DNA of 64,000 bases from the human T2T-CHM13v2.0 reference genome, Homo sapiens, in the NCBI RefSeq assembly GCF_009914755.1, contig NC_060928.1; one strand, 5' to 3'. This document shows, in pieces, positions 54,601-64,000 of this stretch. A program made the position numbers and the translations under genes. Positions within the stretch are counted from its first letter, which is position 1. Each line of letters starts with the position of its first letter. The notes beneath the pieces are model-generated. The model made no database searches, was not told the DNA's origin, and saw nothing but the letters and a program-made list of their open reading frames with translations.

Positions 54601-55397
54601 GCAAAAAAAAAAATATATATATATATAGATGAGAATTGAAAAGAAATGCACGAAGGAGTAAAATTATAAGCACTCTAAAAGGCGGGTCTTGATAAGCAGA
54701 AATGAATTCTCTTAAAACTTCTGACTTTTAACTTCTTACATTCCACATTAGCTTTTTCTTTTCTTCCTATTTACTTTTCTCTCTAGTAATCTTAATTATC
54801 TTTTTTCCTGTCACTATGGGCTTATTAGAGCAGCTGACATAGACAAGAGAATAACAAGATCTAAGGGTAATTAGTTCCTCATCTATGAAAGACAAGTTCA
54901 GAATAAAATAGACCTGAAGAAAATGAATATCACACTTTATAGGGAAAGCTTAGCAGCTATCAAAATGGTAAAATGATGGCTGTGGTGGGGTGGGGAGTTG
55001 GAAAATTGTATGTATGTGTACATTCACACACAGTAAGTGATTTAGACTTTTGTTTTTATCGGATAGGCCATTGGAAAAAATGAGATTGGTTGTGTTCTAT
55101 GAATTTCATTGCTAGATCAGATTAGATGCAGGAAGATAAAAACCCTTCAAAGTCTACAACCTCTTGTCAGTAGCATGCTGATTTTTAATATGCTCTCTTA
55201 CATGTAAATTACCATAATTCAAAAATGAGAGACATCCTGTTAAAGGTGGAAGGACCCCTATCAGTGAGTCTGAAAGGTGAGTGTTAGGTTGTTGTCAAAA
55301 GAATAGCAGATGCCAGTTGAAGTGTAGCAGACCATTGAGGATAATTTGCTATAACTTGCAAGAATGTTGATTAATAAGCTTTAAATATAGATGAAGG

Positions 55398-55612
55398 GGA
55401 GTGTGGCATAATGAATGAGGGGTCTCTGGAGTCACACTGCCAATTACCAGTTGTGCAACCTTGAGAATATTTCTTAACTTTTTTGATTGCAATTTCCTCA
55501 TCTAAAATATGGTTAATAATTATCATGAGGATCAAATGAGCTAGTTTATGTTAAATCTTAGGACACTGCCGGGCATACAATAAATACTTGATAAGTATTA
55601 GCCATTTTTATT
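55398..55612 (+). mobile_element. MIR
   Basis: ctctggagtcacactgcc...aatttcctcatctaaaa...tgaggatcaaatgagcta...acttgataagtattagc. Confidence 0.75.
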
Positions 55613-56604
55613 ACGATCTGGAGGAAGTAGACTAAGAGAAAACAGACCCTGAGAAGTTAACAGGCAGGAAGAAGCCTTTCACTAGAGCTGTTGAATTTGC
55701 ATGTTATTTTTTCTCTCCAGAGTAGCTGTGTAGACTGAAGAAAAAGAGATTTAAATAGTTGATGGCTTAGTATATTAAGCCTATCAATTCTTCAGAATAT
55801 GTCCCCTAGTTTAATTGAAAAAAAAGAGAAAGTACTGTAATTAACTGAAGTTAAATTGCTTTTCAAAGTAATGTCTTCTTACTGTGATAGTATAAACAAA
55901 ATATCACTTTGGGAGTATTTTTAGTATTTAGGGGTGGCTATTTAAATATGCACATGCAAACACACAACACACACTGAAACCACAATCACTACCATACTTA
56001 TTTCTTTTACAGTGCTCTGTAGAGAAGTAATTGAATTCAATTGTAAATGTAAAGTCTTCTCAGGGGAGATGTTGATAGTTCATCAAACTTTCTAATAAAA
56101 TTAAAAATTTATCTGTGTTCCCATGGTCATTATTTATGGAACTTTTGGCACTCAAGAATTCATAAATCCTTGTCCAAAGACCCACTTTGTCATTAGCAGG
56201 TTCTATTCATAAACATTGCTCTTGGCTGTATGCTGTGAAGTGGGGACATCTTCTAGTAAGTCTGACAAGGAAATAAGAGGAACATCACTTGGTCTTTTAC
56301 GACTGCAAGAAATTGAGATGATTGGTCTTGAAGGTCTGCTGTTGCCCGATTTTGCATTTGTCTACTCCAAGAAAATGACAGAAGGATACTCTATGGAAAG
56401 CTTAGTTTCACTTGTTTATTTTTCACTGGTTATTGCAGATGGCACAGATTTAGAGTGCATCTTTTATGTATATGAAAATGTTCTGTGCATTTATAGCAAA
56501 ACATTTATGCATATGAAGAATCATATTTGGTTCTTTCTGAGGGCTTGGGTAAACCAGACCCTGACAGGAAGAAAGATAATTTTATTGGAATTAAGAAACT
56601 GACA

Positions 56605-57022
56605 AGCTGGTCATGGTGGTTCACACCTGTAATCCCAGCATTTTGGGAGGCCAAGGGGGGTGGATCACTTGAGGCCAGGAGTTCCAGACCAGCCTGGCCA
56701 ACATGGCAAAACTGCATCTCTGCTAAAAATACAAGAAAAGAAAGAGAAAGAAAAAAAGAAAAAAGAAAGAAAGAGAGAGGAAAGAAAGAAGAAAGAAAGA
56801 AAGAGAAAAAGAAAGAAAGAGAAAGAAAGAAAGAAAAGAGAAAAACAAAAAGCAAACTAGCTGGGCATGTGCCTGTGGTCTCAGCTACAGGAGGCTGGAG
56901 TGGGAGGATCACCTGAGCCCGAGCCCGGGAGGTAGAGGTTGCTGTGAGCCTGATAGAACCGCTGCATTCTAGCCTGGGTAATAGAATGTGACCCTGTCTC
57001 CAAAATAGATAGATAGATAGAC

Positions 57023-57081
<59 letters not shown>

Positions 57082-57103
57082 TAGATAGATAATGAATAAA
57101 GAA
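56605..57103 (+). mobile_element. AluJ-like element with expanded linker and tail microsatellites
   Basis: Left arm 56605-56733; (GAAA)n-type tract ~56734-56853; right arm to 57001 (ggaggatcacctgagccc); (TAGA)n/(CAGA)n 57005-57091; TSD aagaaa(c/g)tgac at 56593 and 57104. Confidence 0.92.
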
Positions 57104-57119
57104 AAGAAAGTGACCATTT

Positions 57120-57762
57120 CCACCATGTTTGCTGCTACCTGGCAATCCCAGCTGTCACCAATTCTGGCCAGGATTATTGGAATAGTTGAGACACTGAGCC
57201 TCTTTTTCTACCCCTCTCCTTTAGACTCTATTCTCAACACAGCTGTCTTTAAATGAGATCACGTCTTCCTCTGCTCCAGACCTCCCATATAACTCACAGT
57301 AAAACTCAAAGACAATACTGATGACACTCTTGCCACTCCTGACCACATCTAATTCTACCCCTCTCCTATTCCCTCCCACCAGCCAGAATGGCTTTGTTGC
57401 TGTTCATCCTCTCTGCAGCACCCTTCCCATGGATAACTATATGTCTTTCTCTCTCACATCCTTCAGGTCTTTATCCAAGTGCCATCTTATCAAAAAAGCC
57501 TTATCTGACAACTAATATTTAATACCAACATCCACAGCCTAGCAGCCTCTAGCCCCTTTGTCAGGGGTTATATTTCTCCATAGTACCTGTCAGCACATTT
57601 CATGGTCTATATTAATTATCTATTTGTTTTGACTGTTTCTTCCAATTAGAATATAAATTCCCTGCAGGCAAGAAATATGTTTTGTTAACTACCATGTCCT
57701 TGATAATTATAATTGTACTTCGTAAAAAATAGACACTAAATAAATATTTTCTCAATGAATAT
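57120..57762 (+). mobile_element. L2 3' portion
   Basis: tctattctcaacacagc, gatcacgtcttcctctgctc, ctcacatccttcaggtct, attagaatataaattccctgcaggc, taaatattttctcaatgaat. Confidence 0.75.
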
Positions 57763-57929
57763 TTGAAGCTACTTCGTCTTAATCCTAGATGGTGGAATGG
57801 AGCCAGTTATTTGTTTAAGATTTAATTTCTCCTAATGATAATCAGCTAATTGTTATATACTCTGTCATTTAAAAGGATAATAATGCCTGTAAGTGTGCAA
57901 CAGTAATTTTTTTCCCGATAGGGATTTCT

Positions 57930-58170
57930 AACAGTGAAGAGAAATTTTGCAGTGTTTATTAAAATTTTAAATATTGTTTATACTCTATGACTCAATATCT
58001 CCAATTCTTGCCAACTTCTGTACAAAAAAACTGGCTGAAAAGCAAAGGGAGGTATACACGAAGATTTTCACTGCAATATTGTTTGTAGTGCAATGACTAA
58101 AGAAATGATAGAATTACCACACTATGGAGTACTATGAAGCAGTTTAAAACAAATGAGGAAGACATATATA
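57930..58170 (+). mobile_element. L1ME-type 3' fragment
   Basis: atactctatgactcaa...gattttcactgcaatattgtttgtagtg...actatggagtactatgaagcag. Confidence 0.55.
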
Positions 58171-58888
58171 AATATATATATACACACACACAAATACATA
58201 TATAAATTAATACAAATAGGTATATATACAAATACAGATGCACAAATATGGATAAATAGCTCTCTTTATTTATATGTGTAGAAATTTATGTTCCTCTAGC
58301 AACAATTATTTTCTTACCCAACCAAATATATCTCTCTTCTCCTTTCTTGTTTTCTTCCTTTTATTTCTTTTCATAATTTTTCCTTTTTCTTTTCTTCTAT
58401 GTCCAAATTCAGACCCCTAAACTAGTCATTCAGTGCACTGAAGCAAATATATTATTTATTGTATTTATTAAAGAGTGTTGAAAGTTTCTGTTCTTAAGTT
58501 CCAAAGCCAGAAGGTAATATTTTATATTTCTCTCTCTCCGGAACAAAGAAAAGAAAATAATAACAACAATAAAATTATTTATGTTTTGTTTGTGTTCAAT
58601 GCCAGCTTTCTTTCTTCTTTGGGCCTTGATTGAAAGAAAAATCCCCTATAATTGATTTATGGCTATTTTTCTTTTTTCTTTTTATGATACTTTAATATAT
58701 AAATGACAGGCAAACAAAAAATCAGGAATATAAATTAAGCAGAGTAGGCATGTAAAGAGAGTTTTTATGTAAAGATCTAGAATGATTTTTTTGGATATAA
58801 TAACCTAAACTACGTGTTTTTATCAGAGATTTCAAGAGCATCTATAAATTTCTCATTTTCCAAGCTCTCCAGACTCTGTTCATATGAA

Positions 58889-59095
58889 TATTCATTTATT
58901 CAACAATTATTTATTGAGCATCTTCTATTTATCTTGTCATTTTCTTGGTGCTGGGGAAACAGAAAAATCTCTACCCTTTCCTACTGAAGGTAGAAAATAG
59001 TGAATATAATGAGTAACTAATATATATTTCATTAGTAAAAGGCAACATATGCTATGGGAAAAAATGTACAGTGCAGTGATGGGGATAGTGGTTGG
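58889..59095 (-). mobile_element. L2 3' end
   Basis: attcatttattcaacaattatttattgagcatct...ggtgctggggaaacag. Confidence 0.75.
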
Positions 59096-59169
59096 GGAGG
59101 AGTGGGGTTGCCCCAGGTTCCGCCATTATATTACTTTCAAAAGGGGAAGATGTTGGAAAGAGTGAAGGA

Positions 59170-59330
59170 GAGGAGAGCTTGCTCTGTTCTTTTGAAACAT
59201 GGAATCCAGAATTGCAGTCATGTGCACTAACATTCTACTGGCAGAAACCTAGTGACATGTCCACATCTGGTAGTGAGGAAGGCTGGAAACAGTCTTTAGC
59301 TGTGATGATGTACCTAGCTGGAACTTTGAC
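59170..59330 (-). mobile_element. MaLR LTR fragment (MLT1J/K-like)
   Basis: acattctactggcagaaacctagtgacatgtccacatct...gaaggctggaaacagtctttagc. Confidence 0.55.
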
Positions 59331-59829
59331 TACTACAAAAGAAAGGGATGATAGATATCAAGGAGATAACTAGCAGTCTTTACTGTTGTCACTTGCAGAA
59401 AAAGGAAAGGAATATGGAAGGAAAAGGAAGGGAAAGGAAACAGGTTTATTGGAAACATATTAATTAAAATATTAATTTATTTTAAAAATTATTTAATTGA
59501 TTAATTTAAGATTAATTTTTAATATTAATTTGAAACAGGGTATTCTAAAGAGAGGGGTAAAAATTCGTATCACTTCCTTGTCGACTCCACATCAGAGATC
59601 GGGAAACATTGTTTATAAATAATATGATATCCTTCCTGTCTCTCCATTATGTCTTAAGGTAAATTGCTTCAATCAGAAATTTTCCCTTTCCTCTACTGAG
59701 CATACCAGAGCCTTTGTATTCAAAGGAATCTTAATGGAAGGTGCAGGACTAAGTTTGTGGGGCTTTGTATTAGATATTATTATGTTTTATAATATACTTT
59801 TTTATATATTATTATAATATGGTTATATA

Positions 59830-60015
59830 TTCTCTCTTTCTTCTGTAGTAACAGAAATTCCAACTAGGTACAAAGTCACAGCTAAAGACTGGAAATACGG
59901 TCTTTAGCTGTGACTTTGTGATTTCCTCACAATCAGATGTGGCCATGTGACAAGATTTTGGCCAATAGAATGTGAGAGGAAATGACTGCAATTTTGGGTT
60001 CCATCTTTCAAAAGA
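59830..60015 (+). mobile_element. MaLR LTR fragment (MLT1J-like)
   Basis: ttctgtagtaacagaa...cagctaaagact...agatgtggccatgtgacaagattttggccaatagaatgtgag. Confidence 0.6.
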
Positions 60016-60744
60016 AAAATATTTAAATATTCAATTACTTAAATGTCCCAATCCTCTTTAATTCTTTAAGTCTAATTACACTTGCCATACCTCCTCTCCA
60101 GAAATATATATTGGTTTAAAAGAGTAAAACAGCAGACCCTAAACATCTGGTGTTTTTTTTTTTGTTTTTTGTTTTTTTTCCTTCCTCCTCTTCTTTGTCC
60201 TGTCTTTCTTTTGATTTTTTTAACTTTTGACTTTCATCTTTGTTTTGGTCTTTTTCTTTCTCTCTCTTTTTTTTCATTTTAATGTTTTCATTCCCTCAAT
60301 TTTTTCTTGAAAATGTCAGTTTTCATTTTTATAATATTAAATGTTTTGTGCTCGATGAAAAGCAATAAGGATTGAAAGCACATCTATATATGTACATACA
60401 CACATATACATATATACCCTTTTAATATATAGAAACCACACAATATAATTATATTTAGAAATTTTGAAGAGTAAATAAGGTTACGTTATTAGGATTCAAT
60501 TATGTAAATTATACGATATGATAAATTAATATGCTGTTGTATTTTGGTACATACTTAATTTTTAGCATATTTAGTCACAGCTGGATTTCAGTTTTCTTGG
60601 CTAGCAATTTAGTTACATAATAAATGGCAGTGGCCATAATCATAATTAAACACATCCGTAATTAGGTTTCTGTAACTAGGGAACAAAATGTCATAGAAAC
60701 AGATATTTAATAACCAAATAATATTTCCAAGGTATAAATATATA

Positions 60745-60919
60745 TTTTTTTCTTTTTTTTTTTTTTTTTGGACAGGATTTTGATCTGCCACCCAGATTGG
60801 AGTGTAGTGGTAAGATCATATTATAGCTCACTGAAACCTAGAACTTCTGGGCTCAAGCGATCCTCCTGCCTCAGCCTCCCAAAGTGCTGGGATTGTAGGT
60901 GTAAACCATGCTGCCCAAC
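60745..60919 (-). mobile_element. Monomeric Alu (FRAM-like or recombined AluJ)
   Basis: Poly(T), right-arm 3' part (ggagtgtagtgg...atagctcactg) joined to left-arm-type cccaaagtgctgggatt. Confidence 0.8.
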
Positions 60920-60995
60920 TGTTTTTAAAGATTAATAGCACAATTTGCCATTGCCTACTTGTATAATAGATACATAAATATTAATGGTTGAAGTG

Positions 60996-61348
60996 TATCT
61001 TAGTTTGTTCATGCTACTATAACTAGAATACAATAAGCTGGTGACTTATAAACAGTAGAAATTTATTTCTTATAGTTTTTTGGAGGGTGGACCAAGGCCA
61101 CTAGTAGATTCAATGTGTGGTGAGGACCCACTTCCTGGTTTATAGATAGACATCTCTTGCTATGTCCTTACATGGAAGAAGGGGCAGGGATCTCTCTGGT
61201 GCCTTTTTGTATAAGGGCACTAATCTCATGAGTAAGGGACCTACCCTCATGACCTAATCAACTTCCAAATATATCTCCTCCAATATCATTGTATTGGGGA
61301 TTTAATTTCAACATATGAATTTTAGGGGAACACATTCAGTCTGTGGTA
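60996..61348 (-). mobile_element. MaLR solo LTR (MLT1A-like)
   Basis: tcttagtttgttcatgctactataac...aaacagtagaaatttatttc...tataagggcactaatc...ccctcatgacctaatca...tttcaacatatgaatttt...cacattcagtc. Confidence 0.85.
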
Positions 61349-61849
61349 AAGGGGGTGTTGGGAAAGGTTTTTCTTTGTAAATATTATAGTTTATTTTTTA
61401 TTTTCTCAAACATCCAGAAATGTTCTTTTCATGCTGTTAACTTGCTGAATCAACTGCATCTATTCTATAACTACCAAAGTGGAGTTGTAAATGTTAGCTC
61501 TTACTCCTCTTGCTATGATTGCCATTAAATTTATTATTATTGCATTATTAACATAATTATAATCTTTCTAACACTCTAATTCCTCCTTATTGGTTACTTT
61601 TTTTTCTTCCTAAAATTAGAGCTTTGTATTTGACATAAAGGCTGGTATTCCTAGCACCTTGGTGATTTTGCACGTAAGTGAATAAATTAGGCTTAAAAAT
61701 TGTATTGAAAAAATTAACCACATTTGTAACTCTACTATCTAGTCTCCTTAATGTTAGTCATTTTATCTTTCATGGAAAGATTAGAAATCATTATTCCAAA
61801 CATATGACGCCTTTACTGGAAACAATACTCATATCTCCATGTCTCTTCT

Positions 61850-63220
61850 ATTTTTTTTTTTTTTACTTTGGTAAGAACACTTAACATACAAACTACTCTC
61901 TTCACATATTTTTAAGTGTAAAATATAGTATTGTTACCTATACGTGCAGTATTTTACATTAGACCTCTGGAACTTATCTTGCACATTGAAATTTTATATA
62001 CATTCATTAGTAATTTCCCATTTCCCCTTCACCAGCACCTGGCAACTGCCAATCTACTGTTTGCTTCTATGGTTTGATTATTTTAGATACTTCATGTAAG
62101 TGAGATCCTGCAGTATTTATTCTGTGACCAGCTTATTTTACTCAGCATGGTATGCTCAAGGCCTATCAATGTCACATATTGCAGAATTTACTTCTTTTTA
62201 ACTGAATTATAGTGCGTTGTATGTACATACCATGTTATATTTATCTATTCATCTGTTGATGAACATTATGTTGTTTCCGCATCTTGGCTATTGTGAATAA
62301 TGCTGCAATAAACATGGAAGTTGTAATATGTCTTTGAGATCCTGAATTCAGTTTATTAAGTGAAATGGCTGGATTATATGTTAGTTTTACTTTCAATTTT
62401 TTGAGAAACCTCCATACTGTTTTCCATAACATCACCATTTTACATTATCATTTTACATTACCACCAATAGCATACAATAGTTCAAATTTTTCCATATTCT
62501 CACCAATACTTGTCTTTTGTGTTTTTCATAATAACCATCTTGACAGGTGTAAGGTAATATGTCATTGTGGTTTTGATCTGCATTTCCTTGATGATTAGTG
62601 ATGTTGAGAATTATCATATTCTTTTTGTCCATTTGTATGTCTTCTTTGGAAAAAACATCTATTCAGATCCTTAGCCCACTTTTTAATTGCCCTGTTAGCT
62701 TTTTTGTTATTGAGTGGTGGGAGTTTCTTATATATCTTGGAGATTAACCCATGGTCAGATATATGGTTTGCAAATATTTCTCCCATTCTATAGGTTGCCT
62801 TTTCACTCTATTGATTGTTTCCTTTGCTGTAGAGCAGCTCTTTATTTTATATAGTCCTATTGTTTAATGTTGCTTTTGTTGCCTGTGCTTTTGGTGTCAT
62901 ATCCATGAAATGATTGCAAGAACAATGTTGCAAAGTATTTCTTCTATGTTTTCTTCTAGGAGTTTCACAGTTTCAAGTTATTTGTTTAATCTTTGATTCA
63001 TTTTAAATTTCTTTTTGTGGATGGTTTGAGAAAAGGGTCCAATTTTACTCTTTTGCCTGATATCCAGTTTTCCCAACACCACTGTTGAAGAGACTATTGT
63101 TTTCCCATTGTGTATTCTTGGCACCCTTGTTGAAGATCAACTGACCATATATACATAGATTTCTTTCCAGGTTCTTTATTTTGTTCCATTAGTCAAAATA
63201 TCTGTCTTTCTGTTAGTACT
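61850..63220 (-). mobile_element. L1 3' end (L1MA9-like), 5'-truncated
   Basis: Poly(T), ggtaagaacacttaacat; ORF2 C-terminal remnants ([12 protein letters not shown]; [11 protein letters not shown]; [17 protein letters not shown]). Confidence 0.88.
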
Positions 63221-63276
63221 GAATTAGTCCAATAAGATCATGTTGTTTTGGCCCTGTTTTGCCTTGTGTTATTCAG

Positions 63277-63372
63277 ATCTCCCTCCCTCCCTCCCTTTTG
63301 CCATCTTTCCCTACTGCCCTCCCTCTTTTCCTCTCTTTCTTCCTCCCTTCCTTCCTTCATTTCTCTTTTCAT
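63277..63372 (+). repeat. CT-rich low-complexity tract ((CCCT)n/(CCTT)n)
   Basis: Directly visible. Confidence 0.8.
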
Positions 63373-63717
63373 TCATCTGTATTGTTCTAATTGTACCTAA
63401 TTTTGTTCTAAAGATTAGAACTACTATACTCTCACTGAACAAACACAAAGCAAAACAACTCTAGGAATAGGCAGATTAAAATATGTTTGATGATGTTGTG
63501 CTACCTTGTAAAACTCCTTGAAGATACTATGACTTTATTTTACTAATTTAATTGTGTATACATACATTTGAATAGTAGCATATGCATGAGACAGATTATT
63601 TGTTCCAGAGACAGTGTTTCATTTGCAGATTCCTTGTAATAACTCTATTCTCAAAACTCCTCTGTCCTACACACCCACATTGAGTTTATTAGCCAGTTGC
63701 TAACCAGTGATCCAGGC

Positions 63718-64000
63718 CAGCAGTTAGCAAACTAAGTCCAGGGAGCACAAAACAGCGTGTTTTTGTACAGCCTATGAGATAAGAATATTTTTACATGTTT
63801 AAATGGTTGAAAAAAAAGAATATTTTGTGATATGTAAACATTATGTAAAATTCTAGCGTCAGTGTCCAGACATAAAATTGTATTGGAATATAGCTATGTT
63901 CAGTTGTTTATGTAGTGTTTATGACTGCTTTCCCCTACAACAGCAAGGACAAATAGTTGCAACACAAACCATAAGATCTGCAAAGCCTAAATACTTACTG
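63718..64000 (+). mobile_element. MER58B-like (hAT-Charlie), runs off the window end
   Basis: cagcagttagcaaacta...tgtttttgtacagcc...tcagtgtcca...tattggaatatagc...atagttgcaacaca...gcaaagcctaaa. Confidence 0.82.

Noticed and set aside
56527-56916. K/E/R-rich 129-aa ORF
   Set aside because: It is the translation of the (GAAA)n tract inside an Alu.
59292-59305. gtctttagctgtga shared with 59900-59913 as another templated copy
   Set aside because: Both derive from MLT1J-like LTR sequence, so family homology suffices.

Overview
This is AT-rich, CpG-depleted primate (human-like) genomic DNA, intronic or intergenic in character and dominated by transposable elements. I recognise no protein-coding gene, RNA gene, CRISPR array or CpG island. 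Many entries in the ORF track are Alu, L1, ERVL or microsatellite read-through, and the rest resemble no protein I recognise. The elements are about 10 Alu/FLAM copies, L1s of several ages (L1PA, L1MA, L1MC, L1ME), L2 and MIR relics, ERVL/MaLR LTRs, and hAT, Tigger and piggyBac MITEs. An ~11 kb ERVL provirus remnant (26.3-37.3 kb) carries eight nested insertions. The most interesting signals are: (i) a recurrent scar type in which 27-115 bp are copied in direct orientation from ~2 kb upstream, twice embedded in palindromic patchwork (10.3, 10.6 and 38.8 kb), plus several fold-back inverted duplications; (ii) an L1 with a 50-nt 3' transduction carrying its own AATAAA; (iii) a twin-primed, 5'-inverted L1; (iv) a 24-nt Alu stub with a full target-site duplication (TSD); and (v) a well-formed 35-nt minus-strand exon of an unidentified transcript. 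Repeat subfamily names come from remembered consensus sequences, not from a search, and the edges of old elements are approximate. I found no evidence of a novel protein-encoded system.
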